A stretch of 64,000 nt of DNA from Camelus ferus. Taxonomy: Eukaryota. Made by a program: the position numbers and the translations under genes. Positions 1-12,290 of the stretch are shown piece by piece. Numbering within the stretch: position 1 is the first letter of the stretch; the number at the start of each line of letters is the position of its first letter. The stretch lies in assembly GCF_009834535.1 (NCBI RefSeq), contig NC_045698.1, forward strand, positions 2,482,001 to 2,546,000, in the 5' to 3' direction. The notes under the pieces were generated by a model, which was not told the DNA's origin, searched no databases, and saw only the letters and a program-made list of their open reading frames with translations.

Positions 1-399
1 TCCTAGCAGAAACTGAAAGACGCATTTACATCCCTTCGAGACTTGCTGAGGCTGTGACCTGTGTTAGACACCAGCTAACCCGTAACAGAGTGGTTGGAAA
101 CATCATCTTATCTCCAGTCCCAGTGGATATTGGAATGCCGCCACATAACCTTGACACTTGAAACATTTCTGCCCCAACTAAATCTCAGCAGGAATTTCCT
201 CAGGGAGTGCTTTAAAGTAAATACAAAATAAATGGATAGAAAAGAGAAAGATGACTCTGTCCATAAACCAGTAGTAGCTGGTTTCTTAAATATCTGCAAA
301 AGAGGAAAGGGCTGCCGCACAGTCAGACCACTAAGTCATCCTTCGCAAGCAACCAGACGAAGCCTGCGGAACCGCAGGGCCCTGGATTCCCCGGGGGCT

Positions 400-660
400 C
401 CCACCTCTCGTGATGACGCGTGCAGTTCTGCCCTTGGGCTTCTGGCCGGCGTGATCCTCGCCAGCAGTCACCTGCTTGGGAGACACCGCCAGTTTTTTCA
501 GTTTCCTTTTGGACAGATTTTGCTTTAGTGACGTTTTGACCCCAATCACGTGATAAGTGAAGGGAGTGTGACGTTCCTGTGTGCGGCGGCGGGGCGGGAA
601 GGAGCCCCCTCCCATCTCCCAGGAAGGACGGGCGGGCTGCGCAAAGCTCGCTGTGAGGAC
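400..660. promoter_or_regulatory. Promoter-like CpG-containing motif cluster
   Basis: CCAAT (542-546) overlaps a perfect palindrome ATCACGTGAT (545-554, E-box). GTGACGTT occurs twice (528-535, 568-575; CRE half-sites) and a GC box GGGGCGGG lies at 591-598. Locally CpG-rich. Confidence 0.4.
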
Positions 661-989
661 TGCCTGACAGCCCGTGGCAGGGACAGTCCCCAGTCCTGCT
701 GAGAAGGGTCCAGTTAGGGGACGAGGTTACAAAGGCACCACCTCTTCTCAAAATCCTGGCAGAGTCAAGGGGAAAACGAAGACCCACTTCTGTGACTCAG
801 CCTCTGGCGTGAGTTCTGAGGGAAAGCACAGGGTCTGAGCGAGAGGAGGGGGTACTGTCACCCACAAGGCAGCAAGACTCAGAGTATTTACAGTGCAATT
901 ACAGCCTTATGGACAGAGTAGGAAATAGTCTCGATTGTGATATTCAAAGTTCATTTCTATACATGCAGTCCTGAGTCTAGATCTTTGAA

Positions 990-1118
990 TTATTTATTTT
1001 ATTATTATTTTTTAAGTTGAATATAGTTGATTTACAATGTTGTGTTAGTTTCTGGTGTACAGCAAAGTGATTCAGTAATATGTATATGCATATTCTTTTT
1101 CATTATAGGTTGTTATAA
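990..1118 (-). mobile_element. L1 3'-end fragment
   Basis: T-rich tail followed by GTTGAATATAGTTGATTTACAATGTTGTGTTAGTTTCTGGTGTACAGCAAAGTGATTCAG, the reverse complement of a laurasiatherian L1 terminus. Confidence 0.8.
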
Positions 1119-2438
1119 TTATTTATTTTAAAGTATTAGTATTATTTTAAATGCCACCTAAAATTACAACCGATTGTAGCCCTCCGTGCCCCTAAGGGGG
1201 CAGTGGGATTTCATTCCAATACCTTGGTGGGAAAAAAAAAAAAAACAAAGAGACAGCAAAACTTCCACCCATGGGAAAGGAATGGAGGTTTGGAGTGGGA
1301 GAGAGGAAAGAAGAAAGGAGATGAGCAGGACTGGAAGGCGTGGCGTCAGGATGAGGGAGGACCTCTCCCAGCAGCGCCAGCCTCTGTGAGGTGACTGTTG
1401 CACAGATATTTCTCCATCCCCAGACCCAAGCACACAGCCGCCCTGCAGGGGTGGTGTTGGGAGGAACCCAGGTAAGAGGGCTGGCGAGGCAGTGTGGGGC
1501 AGATAGGTGAGCCCAGGCAAGAGGAAACACAGCCAGCATCAGGGTCAGGAAGCAGCGGAGACCTGCACAAATCTTGGGGGCCGAAAAAGCATTTCCCATT
1601 AGACAGAGACTAGGGAGTTTGACCCAATTAGATGGGACTCCCAAGAAGAAATTGGTTTCCACTGATATCTGGATTGAAAAAAGAATATTTTTTGAGAAAG
1701 TTTTAAATTTAGAATTAAAGTTAAAGTTAAAATTAAGATGGTAAAGACACAGCTGATGTGGAGGGAGATACTTTATCACATACAATTCAATAAAGTCTTT
1801 AATTCCAACTTTGATTTGGTCAGGTAGGCTTGCAAAATTTCTATAACTGAGTGATTAATTTGATCACGTGTCTTCTATTTCACACGTAAAGCCCAGTGTT
1901 CCCATGCTGTTTCAGTTTCATAGTTACTGTGTTGATTCTTCATAATCTTGGCGAACAGACCAAGCTTATTTTCAGATTTGAGATGAATAAAAAGAAGGTA
2001 CAAATGATGATGTGCAGAGTCATTCCCCCAGTTTAACGTAATGATGAGAAGGAATTCTGGATCTTCTTCACACGTAGCTCAGTGTAGTTTCTACCAGACC
2101 TACTACCTTAGGTGCTAGCCTGGCAGGGACTGAAATTTCAAGCATGCTTTTCAATGCATCAGTGTTGTTTATCCCCCATGGTTGTGGCTGTGGTGGAACG
2201 TTCTTGTTAATCAAATATTCTCTTACTTACCTGGAAGGGTGCCACCGAAGCTATGAGAGGACCAAAGATTTTTAAAGAATTGCAGCACAGGTAAACATAC
2301 CCAATAAAAACATGCTACATCTATAATAAATTCATTTTCTAACATTATTACAGAATATACCTCTGCATCTTGATGAAATGTCTTTGAAAATCCAACTTAA
2401 TCATAAAAAGTCACTGTAGCTGTGCAGACGTGAAGAAC

Positions 2439-2472
2439 TGTGTGTGTGTGTGTGTGTGTGTGTCTGTCTGTC
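2439..2472. repeat. (TG)12 plus TCTG microsatellite
   Basis: Directly visible. Confidence 0.95.
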
Positions 2473-3575
2473 TAGAGTGTCATAAAAAGAGAGAAGTCTC
2501 TAATTTTCAGAAGTCATTTGGCCTGCCTGAGTCATAATTAAAGGTGCCATCCTCAGTCTCCAGCTATTGATTCTATGCGTAAATCAATATACCGAGGAAA
2601 CCTCCGTAAGTTTCTTCACAAACAGTATTTTCACAGACTTCTTGAGTCAATCGTGCAGCAGATGTAAGAAAATGATATTCCTTTGCACTTCTTTCCTTGG
2701 GTTTAACAAGACCATCAAACCAGCTTTTCCAGCAAGGTTTATTGATGCTCGCAGTGATTTTGAATTTTTTCTACTGACAGGTGCTTATTTCTTATTAACC
2801 TGTATTATAATCTCTCTATTTAGAGAACTAAGATATCAGCTCGACTTGTTGCAGCTGACGGAGCGGGACAGCTCCTCACCACCCACTCTGCGCTGCGCAG
2901 ACACGTCCGGTGCAGTGGGAGTGAAACGGGGAGTGTAGTTACACCAGGAATATAACGGCACAGTGACTGAATTCATTAAAACTTGCTTTGCACAGACCGC
3001 TCAGATCTAGTGTTTCAGCTACATTGTAGGGAAATTCTGTTATTTTTAGTTGAGATTTTAATGATACTTTCTACATTTAAAGAAAACCAGAGAAGGTTGT
3101 TTAAAAATTAAAATGACAGCAGATCATGTTTCCCGTACCAGATCTTTTAACTAAATAAAATGGAAATTAGTATTTGGAAGGAGAAAAAAATCAGCAGAGA
3201 AGGCCACATCTAGTCACCGCTGAATCGCGCAGCTGAAGCCCGGGATGACGGCACCCAGCCCCGCGTCTGCACGCCGCCCTTATCAACGGTTCCCACGTGC
3301 TGACTCCGAAATCCAAGTCACGTCTTCGGGCGACATGGGCCTGGCCCTTGTCATCCCCACCTCTGCTGGCTGGCGGGGGTGAGACACGGGGGATGAAGCG
3401 CCTTTCCTGAGGCTACAAAATAACGGCGGATGTGCCTTGGGAGACAGGCTGCAGCCCTGCTCCCAGCCTCGGTGGTTCAGCAGGTGTCCTGGTTCTGGGA
3501 CGGTCACTTCTGACCACGCCCCATATTAACCTGCAGTCACGCTGATGTCGGGTGGATACACAGCAAATGCTGGAT

Positions 3576-3638
3576 TCTATCTATCTATCTATCTATCTAT
3601 TTATTTATTTATTTATTATTTATTTATTTATTTATTTT
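3576..3638. repeat. Compound (CTAT)n(TTAT)n tetranucleotide repeat
   Basis: Directly visible. Confidence 0.95.
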
Positions 3639-3732
3639 AGTACAGATACATGGATTCTTATTTTATTCATTTAAATTATAACACATTGTTATTATTATTC
3701 ATTCTCTATTTTGTTTTTGCTTTCCCCCTGTA

Positions 3733-3858
3733 TTTTTTTTCCAGATTTAATTGGGGTGTAATTGACATATCATATAAGTTTAAAAGGCACAGCATAATAA
3801 TATGCCACACATGCATATTTCAAAATGATTACAACAACAAAGTTAACGGACACACCCT
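3733..3858 (-). mobile_element. L1 (L1MA-like) 3'-end fragment
   Basis: TTTAATTGGGGTGTAATTGACATAT...TTCAAAATGATTACAACAACAAAGTTAAC resembles the reversed L1MA9-type terminus. Confidence 0.6.
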
Positions 3859-4539
3859 ATTTTTACAGACCTATGAGAAGTTCACTGTCAAGTACTAGAC
3901 CCAATGCTGTGTGTGACTGAACAAATGTTTTTGTTAGCACCTTACATAGCTTACGGATTTTCCAAAAATATTAAATCCAATGAAGTATAATTAACATTTA
4001 GGCACTACTCAGTCCACTGATATTTCTGAATTCACAGGGTCCTCGGGTATTTGAAGACCTAGGAGACAAGTTTAGCTCTGCCGAGCTGGCTTACCATTGG
4101 ATGGTAGATGCTGGTCTTGACAGATGCTGAAAGTTTAATAGGCACTGCAGACACCTGTTTGAAGAGCTAAGCTTTCTTTGTTTTTAATCGCAGTGTTCTA
4201 CATTTTCTGAAGGACTAAGTTGCAATTATGGTATTATTCATGTTTATCATCTAAAAGCCATGTAATAGTGAGTTTGGGTTCAATAACAACCATCTATCAC
4301 ATTCATAGTTCCTGGGACCATTACATGAATTCTGATCTATCTTTAATTTTTGTTTTAATCTATTGTGCCTATGTTTTATGTACAAGGTTCCAGTTACTTT
4401 TTTGAGGAGTATTCATGATACAGAATATACATAAAAAATATCCTGAAACATAATTCCTAAATAATAGCGTTAAAAATCAAGATATTTAATATATTTAATT
4501 ATAAAGATATGACCAACAGTAGTAATGGTTACAGAAATC

Positions 4540-4824
4540 AGTCTTATATCCATAATATGGAATGTTACACAGCCATTGAAAGGAGAGCTTTAAATTGTCT
4601 TAATATCATAATATTACATCATAATATAATATTAAATGAAAAAATATATACATAGTATGTTTTAAAATCCATTTTGAAAATAAATTTTAGGTAAAAGGAA
4701 AGAGGGATATCCCTCAAACTATTGACGCTTCCTGAGCAGAGAAACTTTGAGTAAAATTAATATTTGTCTTATAATTGTTTTGGTATTTCTAAATTTCCTA
4801 CAATGAGCATTTGTAATAAAAAAA
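4540..4824 (+). mobile_element. Ancient L1 (L1ME-like) 3' fragment
   Basis: ATGGAATGTTACACAGCCATTGAAA...TTTCTAAATTTCCTACAATGAGCATTTGTAATAAAAAA resembles an L1ME 3' UTR; heavily diverged. Confidence 0.5.
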
Positions 4825-5122
4825 TCAATGTTCTAAGCACAAATCAAAATTAGTTTGATTTCCCTTTACCCTTTGCTAATGAAACTACATCTGAGAGTTT
4901 TCTGGAGTTTTATGTTTCCTCCAAAGGCATCCTTATTAACTCAATTTTTTTTCTTTGTAAGAATATTGTAAAATGAAGGGAACTTTAAATATCTTTTGAT
5001 GGGACAGCCAAATGGTAGAAATGACTTGAAATGAATGCTCCTTAAGTTTAAAATAATACTAATACACCTTTTATTAAGACTAATTATTATTCTTATAGAA
5101 GCTTCGTGACAATAAGCTATAC

Positions 5123-5193
5123 TTTTCCCCCAGCTTTATTGAGTTTTAATTGGTGTATAACATCATGTAAGCTTAAGGTGCACAACGTGTTGG
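5123..5193 (-). mobile_element. L1MA-like 3'-end fragment
   Basis: CCCAGCTTTATTGAGTTTTAATTGG...AAGGTGCACAACGTG. Confidence 0.55.
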
Positions 5194-5586
5194 TCAGTGA
5201 AACATAAACACGTTATCACATCAAAAGTGTTGTAACGGCCACATCATTAACTTTGGGTGGAGGAATGTCACAGCTTTAATTCGTCACTGCCTCTAGAGAA
5301 TATGTAGACATGTTCCAAATTTACAAGCATTTGTTGAGGAGACAGGAAGAGGTATATGTGTTTAATGAGTTATCCCTTTGGCGGATGAATTAACAGGATT
5401 TTGGTAGGAGGCAGGTAGTGCCCACATGTTGGGTACATTGAGGACAGTATAGCAAAATGACTGTGCAGGGAGCTGTGGGAGGTGTGCAGGGAACCAGAGG
5501 ACATGTGCTGGTGTCAGTGGGGTGAGGACATGAGAGGGAACCACCTGGGCTGGGAGTAGTGTGTGGGGACCACCCTCTGCTGGGTG

Positions 5587-6195
5587 AGCTACTGAACCAA
5601 ACTCATGTCTGCTCACCCCAGTGCAGTAATGCCAATCTATTGCCCCCAGGTGGTGGTGAAGGAAAGTGCAGTGTTTATTGCAGGCGCCCAGCAAGGAGTC
5701 TGGGCCACTGGTGCTCAAAAGATCCAAATTCCCAAAGGGTTTCAAGGAAAGGTTTTTAAAGACAAGGTGAAGGATGGAGACTGTAGGGTGTGTGATCAGC
5801 TCGTGGACATTCTTCTGATTGGTCAGTGGTGAGGTCATTGGGAGTCAACATCATCACCCTTCTGGTTCTAACCATCTGGGGTCCACGTGCTGGGGGACAG
5901 CACACAGTCAACTTCTTCCACCTGATGGAGGTTCCAGCCACTGCAAAACAGCTCAAAGGACATGGCTCAGAATATTAACTGTAGCCTTTGTGTAGGAACT
6001 AAAAGTCTTCAACTTTGTTTAATTGTTTTGTCTTGCCTGACTGTTTTCCTTTCTCTCTGCATTTCCTCACTTCTATTACTAAGTCTACTTGTTGGAACTT
6101 GTGGAAGCCTAGGAGGCTAAAGCTTTTCTCCAAATAAGAGGCAGGTAGAGGACATGGGGGGCTGGGGAGGCCCCATAGGGCCCCGCTTAGTTACA
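5587..6195 (-). mobile_element. ERV1-class solo LTR
   Basis: About 610 bp. The minus strand starts TGTAAC and carries AATAAA near its 3' end (TTTATT at about 5675 on plus). Flanks GGTG/GGTA fit a degenerate 4-bp TSD. Resembles cetartiodactyl ERV1 LTRs. Confidence 0.8.
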
Positions 6196-7776
6196 GGTAG
6201 ATGGTTTGGGTAGACTGCTGCGGCCAGCCCACAGGGCGGGGAGCTGGAACAGACCCCTGACCTCAGTCCCCTGATTCCTGCCTGATTCCTCCATGGGCCT
6301 GACCTGAGCAGGAGCTGATCCCCACAAGGCGGGGAGAATGTGGTGGGGCAGAATGGATCTGAAGGGACGAGTGGAGGATTTCTATCCCAACAAGAATGCG
6401 GGTAAGGACAGGCCAACTGGTCCAATAAATGCCGTAGTCACACACTTCGACATTTCCTTCTTCCTCAAGATACAGTCCAGTGAAGTCAGCGGCAGTGAGG
6501 GTGGGCAGTGGCTGCTCTGTATGTCACCCCCCCAGGATCCTGGGGTGACTTCTATCCTCTTTTTCTTCTGGGGAGAGGGAGGAGGTTGACAGGGGGCACG
6601 ACTCTTATCTTGAGTGACTGCTGGTTACCAGGCATGTATCCAACTGGGAGTCAAGGAGACCTCTGGCCAAGAACACAGTAGATTTGGCTCCAGGCTCTGT
6701 CAAGCTCTGCTGTCATGAGGCAGGATTTACTAAATGCATTTCCTGAACTGCAGACCAGATCCACACCCTCTGGTGACCGTTCTTGCAGAAGGAACCCTGA
6801 CCGTAGAGTCTGACTGACTGGCCCAACCCCTGCTCCCTGGTGTGTGAAGAGGTTAAAGTCATCCTGTGGGGTGTGTATTGTCCAACAGTGTGGAATCCAA
6901 CCCAAAATAATGTCCTTGTTTTCTCTCCATGTCCTTTACCTGAGCAGGACTGAGGTATAGAAGGTTGAGGAGGACATAAAGCAACCTGGATCCTAGTATT
7001 CAAGCAAAAAGGCCACATGTATCTCTGTAACGACACCATCGCAAATGCTCTGAAGTCAGCACGTGATTAAATGTATAACACAGAACAGGTTCCCTCAAGG
7101 AGGAAGGTATCACATCCGCACCTGAGGCTTTTTAAATAATAGCCCTATGGGCTGCCGAGGTAAGTAATTTTACTTTCTCAAGTCGACTTATTAGTAATCG
7201 GAAGTCCTAGAAAAATGGGTCACTAACAGTTTAAAATAAAAGATTTGCTTCTCCGGTATCTCACATGGATCCAAATTAGTATTCTGTGTTCATCTGGGCC
7301 GTGGAGAGATTCATAGCCTTTCATGTCTGAAACCTAATGATCAAGGGCAGAACTTCTGCTCAGCCCTGGAGTCGGGAAGGAAAAGAGTCTTCGCATATGG
7401 TCTCATCACTGAGTTTTACTATAAGACCACGGGAAAGAGATCCTCGCTGCCTTTTATTTCCGTAAAGCACACAGGCTTTATTTTTGTCTTGACACTTTCA
7501 AAAATTAAAATGGAAATATTTTAAGATTCAAGCTGTTCTTAGACCCTATGTTTTATTCCTCCAGTGGGACAAGTTTTACAATTTTCACCCCAACCCTAGA
7601 TTGGATAGTGTTAAAAAAAAAAAATCAAACAAACAAACAAAGCCTCTGGAAGAAAACGGTCATCTTTGAATAATTTACTTCTTTCAACATAAGCTTCCCG
7701 TACATGTAGGTGAAGGGGAATTTAAACTATGACTGTCATCCAAATTCAAGTTAAAAAATTACTCTGATCCTTCCAG

Positions 7777-8219
7777 CATGGTTTTATTCACGAGAACATC
7801 ACCCTATGATCACTGCCATGACTCTCCCTCGTCCTCCGGAGTCCAGATGTCTCGGAAGGACCAGTGTCTGAAGGGCGCTGCACTCACCCCCACGGCTCTG
7901 CCGGGGAGAAGGTCCCTTTCCTCAGAACTTCGCCATCACGAGTACAGACCCTCGGAAGTCTTCCTGGGCACACTCGTCTGGACTGTCTTCAGTGGACTGT
8001 GGACCTGGGGTCTCGGCATCATGCCTGGAGTTTATCAGCTGCCCCCCGCCCATGAAAAGCCGCAGCACCAAGCCATGCATGTCTGCGGTGCTCTGAGTCT
8101 GATCTGAGCTGAACTAGTCCAGATTTGAATTCAGTGGTACACAGAGTATATGATACCGGTTAGCCCCACGGCGGAAGTGTTATGACGTGTAAGAGTTGCT
8201 CATCTGTTTCCAAGCACCG
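7777..8219 (+). other. Candidate exon containing a 109-codon ORF (7778-8107); product unrecognised
   Basis: Acceptor CCTTCCAG ends at 7776; ATG in AGCATGG context; donor CCG|GTAAGT at 8219/8220. GC-richer than flanks and not a recognisable repeat. No homology recognised. Confidence 0.2.
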
Positions 8220-8407
8220 GTAAGTAGCGTGGTTCTTAGAAGGACTTGGGAAAAAAATGATGTACCAGAAATTATTAAGTAATTTAAGATTCAACCACGT
8301 AACAAAATATTTAACAAATTTTATTGAATTTTTCCCTTGCTGTTGATCATATAAGCATAATAAGCATGAACAAACATTTATTAAACATCAAAAATTTTCC
8401 CATTTGT

Positions 8408-8496
8408 ACATGCGTGACCGGGACACTGTACTGCGCACCAGAGATCGACACATTGTAACTGACTGCGCTTCAATTAAAAAAAAGAAAAAGAAAAAA
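8408..8496 (+). mobile_element. Severely 5'-truncated young L1 (about 90 bp) with poly(A) tail and TSD
   Basis: CACCAGAGATCGACACATTGTAACTGACTGCGCTTCAATTAAAA... flanked by AATTTTCCCATTTGT (ends 8407) and AATTTCCATTTGT (ends 8511). Confidence 0.8.
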
Positions 8497-9829
8497 ACAA
8501 TTTCCATTTGTGACTTTGACAATGGGGTAAAATATAAGAGATTGTGCTCTGCTCCCCAAGAAACGTTTATTCTAATTAGAGGAAAAAAAGTAATTATAAA
8601 AAGAACAAGGACAAAAACAATGAAGCTAAATTTCCATAATTCAGGACCAGAGTGAGCGTCCCTGTTTCTAACCTGTAACATAAAGGCGGGGGGGAAGGTG
8701 GGCCCAGCTTCTAGAGCTGAAAGGCCCGTCAATGTGTTTTTATAGACGAAACACTAGAAAATAAGAAATAGTGTAAATAGTAGTATTTGATAGTTATTAA
8801 TATTATGTGTTTATATATAAACCCATTAAAACATGTTTGAACTCAATGTGTAATACTATCACATAAAAATAATACTCGTTTCAGCTAATAATAGGACAAT
8901 GGCGATAACAATGATATTTATCAGTACAAAATACTAGCAAACAAAAGAGTGTCTCCATTGTCCTTGACTCCCAGGAGCATTCTTCCCTCCCGCCACAGCT
9001 TCTGCGAGGACTTCTAAGGACCCAGACAAAGGCCGAGGGAGGACCATCCTCCGGCGCAGGGAGCATGGGATGCTATGGTCCACTCAGAGCCCTCACGTCC
9101 CACACATGCACGTGGTGACAGCCTCACATCCCTCAGTCACTCCTCCGCTGCCTGGTGCTTCCTGGAGAGGGGACGGTCCTAGAGCGTGGCCCTGCCGCCT
9201 CCTGCGGCTGCTCCTGCTCCCCTGTCACAGGGGCAGAGGTGCCCCTCCCTCTGTGCCCTGGTGCCCAGACCCCTCTCGGCCAAGAACATTCCTCCAGCAG
9301 TGTCTCCCTGCATCATCCTTCTCTTCTTCTCTTCTAGATTGTTCTACCCACAAGCACAAACGTGCCGTTCCCAAGCCCTATCAGGACCATGTTTATTTAC
9401 TTTTTAAAAAACTTGCTGGCACAGGCTCTCTTCACTGTCTTGCTTCAGGACCTGCTATGTTGTGGGAGAAACGTTTCAGGGTGCGGGATGCCAGAGAGGG
9501 TCATCTGCTCACCCGCCATCTGTCTGGCTAACCAGGCATCTGTCCATCCATCCATTCATCCACCATCTGAATTTCTACCAGAAACTAAACAGTGATGGTG
9601 GTCAGACATACTTATTTCCAGTCTCCTCCACATATAGAGAGCATACACACTTACATAAGTAATTTGTGAATTTTACTACTTTTGGAGAAATTAGAATTCC
9701 AAGATACTTTATATTCTCTGTGGTTTCTCCCCCAAACATGGCCCCATTCTCCATCTCCTTGTATGTACCTACTACTGTGAATGCGTACCTTTCCACATCA
9801 CTTTTAATGCTTTTATACACACATTCATT

Positions 9830-10175
9830 AAAATTTTAGAGCATTGATTTGACTTTTTAGAACATACAGTATTACACTATATTTATAGCTTAGCAGTTTG
9901 AGTTTTGCTTACAATAATGTGTCTTCAGAGATCTTCCCGTATCCATAAATATGCTTATTTTTTTTGTTGTTTTTTGTTTTTAACCTAAGGATATAGAAGC
10001 TCTATTTACTGTTCTTCTGTAGCTGTTTATTCATTCATTTTACATTCTCTGTTTTATTTATTTATTTTTGGAGCTAGTACGGATGCTAACATTTTTGTAA
10101 TGCAGCTAAAGTGGAACTGCTGGATAATGGGGAATGCATAATTTTAATTTTAATAGAAACTACTGGAATATTTCC
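9830..10175 (-). mobile_element. Ancient L1 (L1ME/MC-like) fragment
   Basis: AAAGTGGAACTGCTGGATAATGGGGAATGCATAATTTTAATTTTAATAGAAACT resembles the reversed late-ORF2/3' UTR of old L1s. Confidence 0.5.
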
Positions 10176-10839
10176 GTCATAGCCAAATTAGCCGGTTGGG
10201 GCTGCGGCGTCCTCAGGGAGCCGGCACCTGCAGATCTCAGGGCAGGGCACACACCTGCGCCTGCACTCACGGGGGTGCAGGCTGGGCTCGCGGGGTTCAG
10301 AGTCTTCATTTCTGGGTCTGGGATGCAGGGGTCCCGGCTGCCTGGGCACATCTGCTCCTGGACCCTCACCACGGAGGCAGAGGCTCTGGCGGCAGGTCCA
10401 GTGAGCCTGCTGCTCAGTGACGCCTTCCTTCCGCTGCGGGGAGGAGACACGCGGCCGGTCCCACGTCGGTGGCAGCGCGCAGCGCCGTCTCCTGGCAACG
10501 GCGTGGAGGTTCTATTGGGGGACGGCGGCCAAGACCGCTGCCCCCGGGTGTCCGGTGTCCTCCCGGCAGCGGGGACAATAGCACGCCTTCCTACAGCCCC
10601 CATCTTGTCACCCCGACCTCTTTTCCCCAAATAAGGAGGGAAAACAAACTCGTTACCACTTTAATTCAGGTTTCGTTGCTTGCCGGTGAGCCTGGGTTTC
10701 TTCTCACGTGTGCACTGGGTACCTGTACCTGTATCTTACTTTTCTGCAGGTTCTTTGTGACGTGTACTTCGTTTCCCTGTGGTGTGCGGCTCCTTCCTGG
10801 CTGCGGGAGGTATCCTTTTTCTTTTCCTTTTTTTCCCCC

Positions 10840-11255
10840 TTTGTAATACAATTTTTAAAGGTTACACTCCATTTACAGTTATTACAAAATATTGGCTCTA
10901 TATTGAGGTGCATGTTATCTTTTCAAATTAGTGTTTTTGTTTTTCTCGGATATAAGCCCAGGAATGGGACTGCTAGGTCATATGGTAGCTTTATTTTTAG
11001 GCTTTTTGAAAAACCTCCATACCGTTTTCCACAACGGCTGCTCCAATTTACATTCCCACCCACAGTGTGGAAGGGTCCCTTTCCCCACACCCTCTCCAGC
11101 GTCCGCTATCTGAGTTCTTTCTGACGACAGCCATCCTGACAGGTGCGAAGTGATGTCTCATTGTGCTGCTGATTTGCGTTTCCCCGGTGATTAGCGGTGC
11201 TGAGCATCTTTTCAGGGGCCGGTTGGCCACCTGCATTTCCTCTTTGGGAAAAAAA
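10840..11255 (-). mobile_element. L1 fragment (ORF2 C-terminal region joined to a piece of 3' UTR)
   Basis: Minus-strand translation FPKEEMQVANRPLKRCSAPLITGETQISSTMRHHFAPVRMAVVRK matches the L1 ORF2p C-terminal segment (FSKEDIQMANRHMKRCSTSLIIREMQIKTTMRYHLTPVRMAIIKK type). Confidence 0.85.
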
Positions 11256-12094
11256 GACAAACATACGGTGAAGGCAGGAAGTGTGTCCACACGCACAGCT
11301 AGTAGGGAGGTTAAAAGACAAAAGTAATAAAATCGTCTGTGTCCACAAGAAGCAGGTACGGGACACACAAAACAAAATCAGGTGTGCATTGTAGGGCCTA
11401 GTCTTCTGTTAGAGTTGAAGCATCTCTAATCACCCCCAGTCATGTACTTGACTTTAAGATACCTTGTCACAGAGGAATTATTAATTTTGAAATGATTATA
11501 TATTTTAATTTGATTTTTATATTTTTCTGTTGTGACTTAAGACTGTCATTGCGAAGACGACTTTTATGTGCTTACGTTTGTTCCAGAATCGCTCTCTTTA
11601 CGCAGGCGTTTGCAGACATATTTAGGCAGGACAGCAGTGTAACTTAAATGGCCGGCCCGAGCCGCCCCTCCATCCTTTGCTGATGTTTGCTGTCCGGTCC
11701 TCCACTTCCTTCGCTGCTGGGGAACGGCGGCTCCCTCCCGCCCCCGCCCGGGGGCAGGGGCCCTCTCCCGCTCGCTCTCCCATCTTGTCCCTCCGTGTGT
11801 CTGCCCCCCCGGGAGGCGTCACTGCCGTTCTCTGTGTGGCTTGTGGCTGTGTCCTGATAGCAGGGAGACCAAGTCAAACCTCGCCTCTGTCTTCACATTT
11901 TAAATTGTGTCGGTGACTTCTGGCTCCTGTCAACGAGGTAGAGAGCTGGCAGGGTGTTGAAGAAGCTGGGTCACCTCCCCAGACATCATCGTGATGTTCC
12001 TGCCATGGAACCGAGGGCTTACGACAGCCGACTAACCTCAACTCCAAGGGAAGGTCTGTGTTTCTGCAAACTGGTTGGTTTGACTAAAGAGAAA

Positions 12095-12290
12095 CAAAGA
12101 AATCAGATTCGTATTTTAGAAAGAGCAGTGATGTGTCCTGGTGTCTGGACTGGGTTCAGGTTGGGACAGACCCGTGGAAATGAACGTAGAGCTGGGCACC
12201 TAGTTAGAAGTCAAGCGCAGGGAGGCAACTGGGCTGCTCTCGTGGTCCGGCTGTGGATGGCGGGGAAGGAAGGGCGGAGGCCAGACGCTG
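12095..12290 (-). mobile_element. L2 fragment
   Basis: ATCAGATTCGTATTTTAGAAAGAGCAGT... is typical of reversed L2; diverged. Confidence 0.4.
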
